From: Bacteroidia bacterium | GTDB taxonomy: Bacteria > Bacteroidota > Bacteroidia > SpSt-205 | Assembly (NCBI GenBank): GCA_026003235.1 | Contig: BPGW01000001.1 | Span: 216,224 to 280,223, forward strand | Direction: 5' to 3' | Length of the DNA: 64,000 nt | Shown: piece after piece, positions 1-9,946 of the stretch | Layout of the letters: every line of letters begins with the position of its first letter | Numbering within the stretch: position 1 is the first letter of the stretch | Position numbers and translations under genes: made by a program | The notes under the pieces: model-generated | What the model was told of the DNA's origin: nothing | The model's input: only the letters and a program-made list of their open reading frames with translations | Database searches by the model: none

Positions 1-822
1 ACGCCCTATCGCTACCAGCACGTGAGAGGCTTTTTCGTGGTATATCTTGTTGTCTTGGGTCTGGATGATGTATTCAATGCCTTCGGGATTTGGGCGAATG
101 CTTTTTAGCTCAGCATGGGTAAAAAAGCGTACATTGCATTCAATGAGGTTTTGCATGATGGTGTTAGAAATGTCGGGGTCTTCAGCGGGGAGGATGCGTT
201 CGGCCTTTTCTATCATGGTCACCCGTACCCCTGGAAAGGTGGAAAAAATGGAGGCGAATTCGCAGCCAATCACGCCGGAGCCGATGATAAGCAGGTCAGG
301 GGGGAAGCCTTCCAGCTGGTCTATGTGATCGCTGGTGAAGATGCGCTTACCGTCCACGGGCAGGTTAGGCAGCATGCGGGGCCGACTGCCTGTGGCTAAA
401 AGAAAGTATTCCGCCTCCACTTCGTAAGGAGGGGCGTCATGGGGGCACACTTGGATGCGGTGAGGCCCCACAAACCGAGCGGTGCCGTATACCAGGTCCA
501 AGAGTCCTTGCGCCTGATAGTGCTGAATCTGGCGCAGCATCTGGGCTTGCCTTTCCTGCACAGCCTGCTGAACAATGCGCCGGAATTCCTCAAACGAAAA
601 AGTAAAACTCTGCACCTGATAACCTCGCTCGGTTAGAAAGAGTTTGTCAAAGTCTTTAGCCAGTTCCCACCAGGTTTTGGAGGATAGCGCGCCGTTGAAG
701 AGGGCGGCTCCGCCGATTTGGTTTTTTTCAATGAGGAGGGTGCGTTTGCCGAAGTCCATGGCGCGCATGGCCCCAGCAAAGCCCGCCGCACCCCCACCGA
801 TGATCACCAAGTCGTACCCCAT
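1..822 (-). CDS. FAD/NAD(P)-dependent pyridine nucleotide-disulfide oxidoreductase family protein (dihydrolipoyl dehydrogenase-like); 3' end lies outside the window
   Basis: Absent from the ORF track because it runs off the window edge. My reverse translation from ATG 822-820 gives MGYDLVIIGGGAAGFAGAMRAMDFGKRTLLIEKNQIGGAALFNGALSSKTWWEL... (GxGxxG FAD fold). A second Rossmann motif LLIIGSGVIGCEFAS follows. The frame stays open to position 1. Confidence 0.8.
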   Translation of the reverse strand, partial: MGYDLVIIGGGAAGFAGAMRAMDFGKRTLLIEKNQIGGAALFNGALSSKTWWELAKDFDKLFLTERGYQVQSFTFSFEEFRRIVQQAVQERQAQMLRQIQHYQAQGLLDLVYGTARFVGPHRIQVCPHDAPPYEVEAEYFLLATGSRPRMLPNLPVDGKRIFTSDHIDQLEGFPPDLLIIGSGVIGCEFASIFSTFPGVRVTMIEKAERILPAEDPDISNTIMQNLIECNVRFFTHAELKSIRPNPEGIEYIIQTQDNKIYHEKASHVLVAIGR

Positions 823-872
823 CTTGCCCTAAGGTAGGGAAAATGGCGGGCCTGCCGTCTAAGCGGGGGTTG

Positions 873-880
873 TATATTTG
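873..880 (+). promoter_or_regulatory. Bacteroidota-type -7 promoter box TATATTTG (TAnnTTTG) upstream of sufS
   Basis: Exact TAnnTTTG match 11 nt upstream of ATG 892, in the divergent intergenic region. Confidence 0.4.
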
Positions 881-891
881 TTGAGCAGAGT

Positions 892-2169
892 ATGAACCTT
901 CCCACCCTTACGCAAGAGGCGTTGGTGGCCCGAGCTCGGGCCCTGCGAGCCGAGTTTCCAATTTTAGCGCAGGTTCACCCGTCGGGGCGGCCCCTGGTCT
1001 ATCTTGACAATGCCGCCACCGCCCAAAAGCCACGCTCGGTGATAGAGACGCTGGATCGCTTTTACAGCGAAAGAAACGCCAACATCCACCGAGGGGTGCA
1101 CTGGCTTAGCCAGGAAGCCACCCGCCTCTACGAAGGGGCGCGAGCGTACTTGGCTCAGTTCATAGGTGCGGCCAGCCAAGAAGAAATAGTCTTCGTGCGG
1201 GGGGCCACCGAAGGCATCAACCTGATTGCCCAGACTCTTCGCCGCGTTTACTTTCAGCCCGGCGATGAGATCGTCTTGACGATAGCGGAACACCACGCCA
1301 ACATCGTGCCTTGGCATCTGGTGGCCGAAGAGCTGCCCATCCACCTCAAGCCTGTGCCGCTCACTCCTGAAGGGCTCTTGGATGTGGAGGTGCTGCGAGC
1401 TCACCTTTCGCCGCGCACTCGTCTGATTGCCCTCACAGCCATGTCTAACGTACTGGGCACAGAAATGCCCATTGCAGAGGTGGCTCACATCGCGAGGGAA
1501 CGGGGTATTCCTATCCTGGTAGATGCCTGTCAGGCGGTGGTGCACCGGCCCCTCTCGGTAGAAGCCTGGGGCGTGGATTTTCTGGTCTTTTCGGGTCATA
1601 AACTGTATGGTCCGACGGGGGTAGGGGTCGTGTATATGCGTCGCCCTTGGCCTCAGAAACTGCCTCCTTACCAAGGTGGGGGGGATATGATCCGGCGGGT
1701 CACCTGGCAAGGCAGTCGGTTTGCCCCTCCGCCGGCCAAGTTTGAAGCCGGAACTCCCCCCATCGCCGAGGCTATCGCCCTGGCCGAAGCGGCCCGCTAC
1801 CTCACCGAAACCGTGGGATGGGAGTTCATCCAAGCTTATGAGGCGTTCCTCTCAGAGTATGCTCAGCAGCGCCTGGCCGCCGTGCCGGGCCTGACCCTCT
1901 ACGGAACCGGCCAGCCCCGAGGCGCCTTATGGTCTTTCACGCTGGAAGGCGTTCATCCTCATGATGTGGGGACCTTTTTGGATGCGCAGGGCATTGCTGT
2001 GCGGGTAGGCCACCACTGCGCGCAGCCGCTCATGGACGCGCTGGGCGTGCCGGCCACCATCCGAGCTTCTTTCGCCTTCTACAACCTGCCCGAGGAAATA
2101 GACCTTTTGGCCCAAGCCCTTGAGGAAGCGGTTCGTTTCTTTGCCCCGCCTGAAGCCAAACCCCGATAG
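892..2169 (+). CDS. sufS: cysteine desulfurase SufS (class V aminotransferase)
   Basis: 425 aa. Motifs HHANIVPW, PLP-lysine region FSGHKLYGPTGVGVVY and C-terminal RVGHHCAQP. Sits next to sufBCD. Confidence 0.93.
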   Translation: MNLPTLTQEALVARARALRAEFPILAQVHPSGRPLVYLDNAATAQKPRSVIETLDRFYSERNANIHRGVHWLSQEATRLYEGARAYLAQFIGAASQEEIVFVRGATEGINLIAQTLRRVYFQPGDEIVLTIAEHHANIVPWHLVAEELPIHLKPVPLTPEGLLDVEVLRAHLSPRTRLIALTAMSNVLGTEMPIAEVAHIARERGIPILVDACQAVVHRPLSVEAWGVDFLVFSGHKLYGPTGVGVVYMRRPWPQKLPPYQGGGDMIRRVTWQGSRFAPPPAKFEAGTPPIAEAIALAEAARYLTETVGWEFIQAYEAFLSEYAQQRLAAVPGLTLYGTGQPRGALWSFTLEGVHPHDVGTFLDAQGIAVRVGHHCAQPLMDALGVPATIRASFAFYNLPEEIDLLAQALEEAVRFFAPPEAKPR

Positions 2170-2181
2170 GCGGATTTTTTG
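2146..2181 (+). terminator. hairpin plus T-tract spanning the sufS stop codon (possible attenuator or terminator)
   Basis: CCGCCT (2146-2151) pairs with AGGCGG (2168-2173) and is followed by ATTTTTTG. Confidence 0.35.
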
Positions 2182-2207
2182 TTACTTAGTCCAAATCCAA
2201 AGTAGCC

Positions 2208-3660
2208 ATGCAACCTACCCAAGACGAAGTCCTTACTCAGCACCTTACCCGCGAATACGAATGGGGGTTCGAGGCACCTTTAGAAGAAGAGCTGGCCCCT
2301 AAAGGCCTTTCCGAGGAGGTGATAGAGTATATCTGGGCCAAAAAGAAGGAACCTCCTTTCATGCTGGATTTTCGCATGCGGGCCTATCGGGCCTGGAAAG
2401 AGATGCGAGAACCCCACTGGCTCAATGGCCATTACGACCCCATTGACTACCAAAACGCCTACTACTACGCCGCTCCGAAGGCGCTGGCCGAAAAGCGCCC
2501 CCGCAGCCTTGAAGAAGTAGACCCAGAGATCCGGCGCATCTTTGAGCGGTTAGGAATACCCCTCCATGAGCAAGAAATCCTGGCCGGCGTCGCCGTAGAT
2601 GCAGTCTTAGACAGCGTCTCGGTGGCCACCACTTACAAAGAGCGCTTGGCCAAGATGGGCATCATCTTCTGCTCCATGAGTGAAGCCTTGGAAAACTACC
2701 CAGACTTGGTCAAGAAGTACCTGGGTACGGTCGTACCTTATAACGACAACTTCTTTGCGGCGCTCAATTCGGCGGTGTTTAGCGATGGGAGCTTTGTGTA
2801 TGTGCCGAAGGGGGTACGATGCCCCATTGAGCTCTCTACCTATTTCCGCATCAATGCCCGCAATACAGGGCAGTTTGAGCGCACCCTTATCATAGCGGAC
2901 GAAGGAGCCTACGTAAGCTACCTGGAGGGATGTACAGCCCCTAAGCGTTCAGAGTACCAGCTGCATGCCGCGGTGGTGGAACTCATCGCTCTCCCCAGCA
3001 GCTACATCAAGTATTCCACCGTCCAGAACTGGTACCCCCGGCGACCGAGAAGGCCGAGGTGGTGTGCTTAACTTCGTCACAAAACGAGGTATAGCTTACG
3101 AAAACGCCAAGATCTCTTGGACGCAAGTAGAGACAGGTTCGGCTATCACTTGGAAATACCCCAGCGTGATCTTGAAGGGCGACCATGCCACGGGAGAGTT
3201 TTATTCTGTGGCCGTGACTAACCATCGTCAGCAGGCCGATACCGGCACGAAGATGATCCACATCGGCAAGAACACCCGCAGCCGCATCGTGTCCAAAGGC
3301 ATTTCGGCTGGCCGCAGCCAAAACACCTATCGGGGGTTGGTGCAGGTGCTTCCTTCTGCAGAAAATGCCCGTAACTTTTCGCAGTGCGACTCCCTCTTGA
3401 TAGGCCAGTCTTGCGGCGCTCATACCTTCCCGTATGTGGAGGTCAAAAACCCCACCGCTATCGTAGAACACGAAGCCACCACCTCCAAAATCGGCGAAGA
3501 CATCCTCTTTTACTGCAACCAGCGGGGCATCCCCACGCAGGAAGCGGTAGAACTCATCATCAACGGGTATTGCCAGGAAGTGCTGGCGCACCTCCCGCTG
3601 GAGTTTGCGGTGGAGGCGCGCAAGCTCTTAGCCATCAGCCTGGAAGGTAGCGTCGGATAA
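2208..3660 (+). pseudogene. sufB: Fe-S cluster assembly protein SufB, reading frame broken by one extra C in a C5 run (possible assembly error)
   Basis: ORFs 2208..3071 and 2965..3660 are the N- and C-terminal parts of one SufB. The first reads ...[10 protein letters not shown]. The second reads [17 protein letters not shown]...[21 protein letters not shown]. coli SufB is continuous here ([25 protein letters not shown]). Confidence 0.9.
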
Positions 3661-3676
3661 CCTCGAATCCATTCCT

Positions 3677-4423
3677 ATGCTCACGATACGGAATTTGCAT
3701 GTGTCTGTAGAAGGACGCCCCATCCTGAAGGGGCTGAATCTGGAAGTGTTAGCAGGGCAGGTGCACGCCATCATGGGCCCTAACGGTGCGGGTAAAAGCA
3801 CCCTTGCAGCGGTGCTGGCCGGCCGCGAAGGCTACGAAGTAACCGAAGGCGAAGTCCTCTTTGAGGGCCAGAACCTTCTTGACCTCGGACCCGAAGAGCG
3901 CAGCCACGCAGGCTTGTTTCTGGCTTTTCAGTATCCGGTTGAGATACCTGGCGTGAGTATGGTTCAATTCCTGCGGGCTGCCTTAAATGCTCATCGGGCC
4001 GCAAAGGGGCTGGAGCCGCTGGATACGGCCGACCTGATGGCTCTTTTGCGGGAAAAGGCCGCCTTGCTCAAGCTTGACCCTTCCTTCCTCACCCGCTCCG
4101 TCAACGAAGGCTTTTCGGGCGGAGAGCGTAAGCGTGCCGAAATCTTCCAGATGGCGGTGCTGGACCCTAAGCTGGCTATCCTGGACGAAACCGATTCTGG
4201 GCTGGACATTGATGCCCTCAAAGTCGTCGCCGAAGCCGTGAACGCCCTCCGAGCTCCTCACCGCGCCTTTTTGATTATTACGCACTACTATCGGATTCTC
4301 CAGCATATTCAGCCCGACGTGGTGCATATTTTAGCCGATGGGCGGATTGTGCGTTCGGGAGGGCCGGAGCTGGCTCTTGAGCTGGAAGAGAAAGGGTACG
4401 AGCCTCTCATCTTGCCTGCCTGA
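3677..4423 (+). CDS. sufC: Fe-S cluster assembly ATPase SufC
   Basis: 248 aa. Walker A GPNGAGKST, ABC signature FSGGERKR, Walker B ILDETDSGLD. Confidence 0.95.
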   Translation: MLTIRNLHVSVEGRPILKGLNLEVLAGQVHAIMGPNGAGKSTLAAVLAGREGYEVTEGEVLFEGQNLLDLGPEERSHAGLFLAFQYPVEIPGVSMVQFLRAALNAHRAAKGLEPLDTADLMALLREKAALLKLDPSFLTRSVNEGFSGGERKRAEIFQMAVLDPKLAILDETDSGLDIDALKVVAEAVNALRAPHRAFLIITHYYRILQHIQPDVVHILADGRIVRSGGPELALELEEKGYEPLILPA

Positions 4424-4425
4424 CT

Positions 4426-5610
4426 ATGAAGCTGGCAGAAGCGCCAACTCTTTCTTTGGAGGCGGGGGCTTCCCATCTTACAGAGGTGCTTCGGGGCTAC
4501 GCCTCGGCCGAAGGCCTGCCCCCTTCTCTACGGGAGGCGTGGCAGGCTCACGCTCGCCAAGCCCACTTGGAGGCCCTCTTCCTGGATCAGAAGCACAAAG
4601 AAGACTGGAAGTACACCCCTTTGTCGTTTCTGCGCCGGCCTTGGAAGCTCGCCCCTCCCGTGCAAGCCAGCCCTCCGGTCAGCCTTGCCTTTTCAGGGCA
4701 GGCTGCTGAGCTCGTTTTGCCCTCCGAGGACCTACCGGCCCTGCGTTCTTTGCCTGCGCCCACTTCGGTATGGGAAGCGCTCCTGACGCCAGCGGCCAGC
4801 CTCCAGCACTATGCCCTCTCCCAAGAAGGTTACTTTGTGTTGGCCCCCCACGGGACAGGGGAGCTTAGTGTGCATGCCGCCACCCTAAGCGTGGCCCCAG
4901 GCACCCAGGCAGAGGTTCTGGTAGCTCCTTCGGGGTCGGGTTTCTTGCTGGTTCGACTGCACTTGGATGCCGGCGAAGGGGCTCAGGTTCGTTTCTTTCT
5001 GCCCGCAGGGGGTGGGGCGCACGACCTTTTTGTGTATGTGCTTGTCACAGCGCGGCTGGCACAAGAGGCCCAAGTAGAGACTTATGACCTCACCGCGAGC
5101 GTGGGATGGAAGCGCAGCGAAGTGCGGGTGTACCTTTCGGGCGTGCAGGCTCAGGCCCACTTACATGGGGCAGCTATCGTAGGCCAAGGGTCCGTCGTAG
5201 ACCACGCCATTCGGGTGGAGCACGCGGTGCCCCATACCGCAAGTAACCAGCTCTTCAAAGCGCTGGTGTATAAGGGAGGCCATAGCGCCTTCCAAGGGCG
5301 CATTTTTGTCCATCCACACGCTCAGAAGACCAACGCCTACCAGTCTCATAAGGCTCTGTTGTGGGAGCCTGGCGCCGTAGCCTATAGCCGTCCTCAACTT
5401 GAAATTTTTGCGGACGACGTGCGTTGCACCCATGGGGTCACGACGGGCTTTCTGGAGGGGGAGATGCTCTTTTACCTGCGGGCAAGGGGGGTTCCGGAAG
5501 AGCAAGCCCGGCACCTTCTGGCGCAAGGCTTTTTGGAAGAAGTGCTTAGTCGGGTGCCTCAGGAGGCCCTTCGTGGGTGGGCGCGCCAAGCTATGGGCTT
5601 TGCAGAGTAG
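4426..5610 (+). CDS. sufD: Fe-S cluster assembly protein SufD
   Basis: 394 aa. C-terminal FADDVRCTHGVTTGFLEGEMLFYLRARGV motif. Directly follows sufC. Confidence 0.88.
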   Translation: MKLAEAPTLSLEAGASHLTEVLRGYASAEGLPPSLREAWQAHARQAHLEALFLDQKHKEDWKYTPLSFLRRPWKLAPPVQASPPVSLAFSGQAAELVLPSEDLPALRSLPAPTSVWEALLTPAASLQHYALSQEGYFVLAPHGTGELSVHAATLSVAPGTQAEVLVAPSGSGFLLVRLHLDAGEGAQVRFFLPAGGGAHDLFVYVLVTARLAQEAQVETYDLTASVGWKRSEVRVYLSGVQAQAHLHGAAIVGQGSVVDHAIRVEHAVPHTASNQLFKALVYKGGHSAFQGRIFVHPHAQKTNAYQSHKALLWEPGAVAYSRPQLEIFADDVRCTHGVTTGFLEGEMLFYLRARGVPEEQARHLLAQGFLEEVLSRVPQEALRGWARQAMGFAE

Positions 5611-5617
5611 CGAACCG

Positions 5618-5648
5618 AAAGGCAAGCCGCTCGCCTTTGCGTATTTTT
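5618..5648 (+). terminator. possible suf operon terminator
   Basis: AAAGGC (5618-5623) pairs with GCCTTT (5633-5638) and is followed by GCGTATTTTT. Overlaps the ffh -7 box. Confidence 0.35.
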
Positions 5649-5649
5649 G
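5642..5649 (+). promoter_or_regulatory. -7 promoter box TATTTTTG upstream of ffh
   Basis: Exact TAnnTTTG 6 nt upstream of ATG 5656. Confidence 0.45.
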
Positions 5650-5655
5650 CCCATC

Positions 5656-6996
5656 ATGTTTGAGGCCATAGCTGAGCGGCTCACACAGACCTTTCGCAGT
5701 TTAGCGGGGCGGGCCCGGCTCACAGAAGCCAACATCGCCGACGCCGTCAAAGAAGTGCGGCGGGCTCTCCTGGAGGCCGACGTGAACTACCGCATTGCGA
5801 AAGACTTCACCGAACGCGTCAAAGCCCAGGCCCTGGGGCAGGAGGTCATCAAGTCCGTTACGCCGGCCCAGCTCTTTGTCAAAATCCTCTACGACGAACT
5901 GGTGAAGCTCCTTGGAGAACAGCAGGAGGGGTTGCGCTTCGCCCCCATCCCCCCAACCGTGTACTTGGTGGTGGGACTCAATGGGGCTGGCAAAACCACC
6001 TTCTCGGCCAAGCTGGCTTCTTACCTCAAAAAGCAAGGGCGGGCTCCTTTTCTGATAGCGGCGGATGTGTATCGCCCCGCCGCTATGGAGCAGCTTGCGG
6101 TACTGGCTCACACGGTGGAGGTGCCCTTCTACCGGGAAGAAGGCACGCAAGACGTGGTAGCCCTTATCCAGCGGGGCCTCGCTGCAGCTAAAGAACAAGC
6201 CCGGGAGGTTGTTATCGTAGACACGGCAGGACGGCAGACGCCTGACACCGAACTGATGGAGGAGCTTCGGCGGGTTCAAGCGGCCGTCCGTCCTACAGAA
6301 GTACTCTTGGTGTTGGATGCCATGACGGGCCAGGATGCGGTGGCCACCGCTCAAGCTTTTCGCGAAGCGGTCTCGGTGTCGGGGTTCATCCTCTCCAAAA
6401 TGGATGGGGACGCCCGAGGAGGAGCGGCCCTTTCTTTGCGGGCCGCTACGGGCTTGCCTATCAAGTTCATCGGCACAGGGGAAAAGCCCGAAGATTTGGA
6501 TCCTTTTTACCCCGAACGCATCGCCAGCCGAATCTTGGGCATGGGGGACATCGTCTCCTTTGTGGAACGCGCCCAAGCTCAGTACGACGCCGAAAAAGCG
6601 CAAAAGCTTCAGGAAAAGCTCCGAAAAAACAAGTTTGACCTGGAAGACATGCTGGAGCAGCTTCGCACCCTGCGCAAAATGGGCAACATCAAAGAACTGC
6701 TCGCGATGATTCCGGGCTTTTCCCAGCTCAAGGATGCTGACCTTGACGAGAAGACCTTCAAGCACATTGAGGCCATTATTCTCTCCATGACGCCGGAGGA
6801 GCGTCGCAATCCTGCCATTATCAACGGTTCTCGCCGTCGTCGCATAGCTCGGGGAAGCGGCACTTCTATCCAGCAAGTGAATCAGCTTTTGCGGGAGTTT
6901 GAGCAGATGCGTAAGCTGCTCAAGAGCCTTAGCAAGCTCCAGAGCCAAGGTCGGGACCCTCGGCAAGCCCATCCTCTTTTCCGGCGTCGTGGATGA
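5656..6996 (+). CDS. ffh: signal recognition particle protein Ffh
   Basis: The track ORF starts at a TTG (5647). ATG 5656 gives the canonical [10 protein letters not shown]-terminus. GTPase motifs GLNGAGKTT and DTAGR, plus a Met-rich M domain. Confidence 0.94.
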   Translation: MFEAIAERLTQTFRSLAGRARLTEANIADAVKEVRRALLEADVNYRIAKDFTERVKAQALGQEVIKSVTPAQLFVKILYDELVKLLGEQQEGLRFAPIPPTVYLVVGLNGAGKTTFSAKLASYLKKQGRAPFLIAADVYRPAAMEQLAVLAHTVEVPFYREEGTQDVVALIQRGLAAAKEQAREVVIVDTAGRQTPDTELMEELRRVQAAVRPTEVLLVLDAMTGQDAVATAQAFREAVSVSGFILSKMDGDARGGAALSLRAATGLPIKFIGTGEKPEDLDPFYPERIASRILGMGDIVSFVERAQAQYDAEKAQKLQEKLRKNKFDLEDMLEQLRTLRKMGNIKELLAMIPGFSQLKDADLDEKTFKHIEAIILSMTPEERRNPAIINGSRRRRIARGSGTSIQQVNQLLREFEQMRKLLKSLSKLQSQGRDPRQAHPLFRRRG

Positions 6997-8435
6997 AGCC
7001 CATTCGTACCCTTCTGGTGGCCAATCGGGGCGAGATCGCCTGTCGGATTCAACGCACCGCCCAGCGCATGGGTATTCGCACGGTGGCGGTGTATTCTGAG
7101 GTGGACCGCTACGCGCCGCATGTGGAGATGGCGGATGTGCGGTATTTTTTGGGGGGCAGTGCGTCGCACGAGAGCTACTTGAACATCCCCAAACTGCTGG
7201 AGGCGGCCCAAGCCACAGGCGCCGACGCTATTCATCCCGGGTATGGGTTTTTGTCGGAAAATCCCGCTTTTGCCCGGGCCGTTCGGGAAGCAGGGCTCGT
7301 CTTTATAGGGCCTTCGCCGGAGGCCATGGAGCGCTTGGGCAACAAAGTCGCAGCCAAGCTTCTGGCCCAGCAAGTGGGAGTGCCCCTGGTGCCCGGTACG
7401 CCTCAGGCCGTCACCGACGGAGAGGCCCTCCAAGAAGCAAAACGAATCGGCTTCCCTCTGCTGATCAAAGCGGCGGCAGGAGGCGGCGGCAAAGGCATGC
7501 GCAAAGTGGAATCCGAAGAAGCCTTCTTAGAGGCTTTGGCCCGCGCCCGTAGCGAAGCCCAAGCCGCCTTCGGAGACCCCAGCGTCTTCCTGGAGCGGTA
7601 CATACCCCGGCCCCGTCACATTGAGATTCAAGTTCTGGCAGACTTGCATGGGAACGCCGTATACCTCTATGAGCGGGAGTGCTCTATCCAGCGTCGCCAC
7701 CAAAAGGTCATAGAAGAAGCGCCAGCGCCCCACCTCAGCGAAAAGACTCGCCAAGCCATGGGAGAAGCCGCCCTTCGCCTTGTCAAGGCCGCAGGTTACA
7801 CCCAAGCCGGCACCGTGGAATTTATCGTGGATGCCGACGAGAACTTTTACTTTCTTGAAGTCAACACCCGCCTTCAGGTGGAGCACCCCGTAACGGAGGC
7901 CATCACCGGCCTGGACCTGGTGGAATGGCAGCTCCGGATAGCGCAGGGCCAGGCGCTTTCTTTTTCTCAGGAGGCTATTCCCCGCCAGGGGCACGCCATA
8001 GAAGCTCGCATCTACGCCGAAGACCCCCGATCGGGCTTTTTGCCCAGCACGGGCATCCTCTACAAGTACCGTCCTCCTACAGGAGAAGGCGTGCGGGTGG
8101 ACAACGGGTACGAAGAAGGTCAGCCCGTCCCTCTCTTTTACGATCCGATGCTGGCCAAAGTGATCGCTTGGGGGCCCACGCGAGAAGCGGCCATCCAACG
8201 ATTGGATAAGGCCCTCTTAGAGTTCGCTATCGTGGGCGTGCACACCACCACGGACTTCGTGCGCTTTGTGCTGAATCATCCTGCCTTTCAAGCCGGCCAA
8301 ACCCACACCCACTTTGTGGAGGAACACTTCCGGCCGGAGGTGCTGGATAGCCGACCCCTCACCCCCGAAGAAAAGGCCGCTCTCCAGACCCTCGTGGACT
8401 GGATCGCCTACACCTGGTACGGACCGTTTTCTTGA
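6993..8435 (+). CDS. accC: biotin carboxylase (acetyl/acyl-CoA carboxylase biotin carboxylase subunit)
   Basis: 480 aa. N-terminus LVANRGEIACRI, ATP-grasp motifs KAAAGGGGKGMR and EVNTRLQVEHPVTE. ATGA overlap with the ffh stop. No BCCP gene adjacent. Confidence 0.9.
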   Translation: MKPIRTLLVANRGEIACRIQRTAQRMGIRTVAVYSEVDRYAPHVEMADVRYFLGGSASHESYLNIPKLLEAAQATGADAIHPGYGFLSENPAFARAVREAGLVFIGPSPEAMERLGNKVAAKLLAQQVGVPLVPGTPQAVTDGEALQEAKRIGFPLLIKAAAGGGGKGMRKVESEEAFLEALARARSEAQAAFGDPSVFLERYIPRPRHIEIQVLADLHGNAVYLYERECSIQRRHQKVIEEAPAPHLSEKTRQAMGEAALRLVKAAGYTQAGTVEFIVDADENFYFLEVNTRLQVEHPVTEAITGLDLVEWQLRIAQGQALSFSQEAIPRQGHAIEARIYAEDPRSGFLPSTGILYKYRPPTGEGVRVDNGYEEGQPVPLFYDPMLAKVIAWGPTREAAIQRLDKALLEFAIVGVHTTTDFVRFVLNHPAFQAGQTHTHFVEEHFRPEVLDSRPLTPEEKAALQTLVDWIAYTWYGPFS

Positions 8436-8437
8436 TT

Positions 8438-9790
8438 ATGCAGGGGATTCGGCGTGCGGACTTCGGACCGGGGTTTCATTGGGGGGTAGCGGTCTCGGCT
8501 TACCAGATAGAAGGCGGCTGGGATGCCGACGGAAAAGGCCCCTCCATCTGGGATGCCTTCGTACGCCGGCCAGGCAAAATAGACCGCCGCGAAACAGGCG
8601 ATGTAGCCTGTGACTTCTACCACCAATACCTGGAGGACATTCAACTCCTGAAGGAATTGAGCATACCGGCTTTTCGGTTTTCTTTGTCCTGGCCCCGCAT
8701 CCTACCCCAAGGGCGGGGCGAACCCAATCCCGCTGGTTTGGCTTTTTACCACCAGGTCATAGATGCGTGCCTGGCGGCCAATATTGAACCGTGGGTCACC
8801 CTCTACCACTGGGACCTGCCCCTGGCTCTGGAGGAAGGGTATGGCGGTTGGACAAACCGCCGCATCGTAGACGACTTTCTGGCTTATGTACGCCTCTGTG
8901 CGCAGGAGTACGGCCAGAAAGTCAAATACTGGATGGTCCTCAATGAGCCGCTGGCTTTTACGGCCTTAGGGTACCTTTTAGGGATTCACGCCCCGGGTCG
9001 GCGAGGGCTGAAGAATTTTTTTCCTGCTGTGCATCACGTAGCCCTGGCCCAGGCCGAAGGCATCCGTCTCCTCAAAAATCTCCTGCCTAAAGCTCAAGTG
9101 GGCACCACTTTCTCTACTTCGCCGGTCTTTCCTTATCGCCCTGATCATCCTCGCGATCAGGCGGCGGCCCGGCGGTACGATGCCGTGCTGAACCGCCTCT
9201 TCGTAGAACCCCTCATGGGGCGAGGCTATCCTGTAGATGCGTTTCCAGAGCTGGCCGAAATCTCACGGCGCTACGCCCAACCCGGAGATGCGGAGCGGCT
9301 GGCAGCGCGCCCAGACTTTCTTGGCATTCAAAACTACTCCCGAGAAGTGGTAAAGTACCATGCCTTGGTACCCTGGATAAAAGGGCGGCCCGTGCCTCCT
9401 CAACGCCGAGCCGTGCCTTACCAAGCTATGGGATGGGAAGTCTTCCCCGAAAGCGTATACTTGGCCTTGAAACAGTTTGCGCAGTACGATCCCACGCTCC
9501 CTCTGGTAATCACCGAAAGCGGCTTTGCAGCTGAAAAAGAGACCACCGACGATCCAGCTCGCATAGCGTATCTCCAGGCCGTGCTCAAACAGGTTTACCG
9601 TGCGCAGAAGGAGGGCCTGCCGGTACAGGGGTACTTCATTTGGACCTTCCTGGATAACTTTGAATGGGCTGAAGGGTATCGGCCGCAGTTCGGGCTGGTG
9701 TATGTAGACCGCGCCACCTTGGCTCGTAAGCCTAAGCGGTCCGCCTACTGGTATCGGGATTTTCTCCGGGGCGAGGCGACCCTGGAATAA
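8438..9790 (+). CDS. GH1 family beta-glucosidase
   Basis: FHWGVAVSAYQIEGG, TLYHWDLP, acid/base NEP (VLNEP), and a nucleophile motif ITESG (usual form ITENG). The track start 8432 is a TTG; the first ATG is 8438. Confidence 0.88.
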   Translation: MQGIRRADFGPGFHWGVAVSAYQIEGGWDADGKGPSIWDAFVRRPGKIDRRETGDVACDFYHQYLEDIQLLKELSIPAFRFSLSWPRILPQGRGEPNPAGLAFYHQVIDACLAANIEPWVTLYHWDLPLALEEGYGGWTNRRIVDDFLAYVRLCAQEYGQKVKYWMVLNEPLAFTALGYLLGIHAPGRRGLKNFFPAVHHVALAQAEGIRLLKNLLPKAQVGTTFSTSPVFPYRPDHPRDQAAARRYDAVLNRLFVEPLMGRGYPVDAFPELAEISRRYAQPGDAERLAARPDFLGIQNYSREVVKYHALVPWIKGRPVPPQRRAVPYQAMGWEVFPESVYLALKQFAQYDPTLPLVITESGFAAEKETTDDPARIAYLQAVLKQVYRAQKEGLPVQGYFIWTFLDNFEWAEGYRPQFGLVYVDRATLARKPKRSAYWYRDFLRGEATLE

Positions 9791-9934
9791 AGGCTAAATG
9801 AGTGGGATGGCGACGAATCTCCCACCTTTCTGGGGGGATTGGCGGGAGCGTAGCTTGGGGCCGTTACTTGTACAAAAAGCGACCCACCGTGCGCCTAAGC
9901 TGGGAAGGCGGGTTGGGGGATGGAGCTTCTGTTG

Positions 9935-9942
9935 TATCTTTG
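9935..9942 (+). promoter_or_regulatory. -7 promoter box TATCTTTG upstream of the SCP2 gene
   Basis: Exact TAnnTTTG 4 nt upstream of ATG 9947. Confidence 0.45.
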
Positions 9943-9946
9943 GCGC

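Noticed and set aside
5701-6972. 423-aa ORF antisense to ffh. Similar long antisense ORFs lie at 964..1833, 7527..8198, 10980..11591, 13672..14496, 58984..59952 and 60945..62189.
   Set aside because: They are fully nested opposite strongly conserved genes. Their translations are Arg/Pro/Gly/Leu-rich with no recognisable motifs. This is typical of shadow ORFs in 60% GC DNA.
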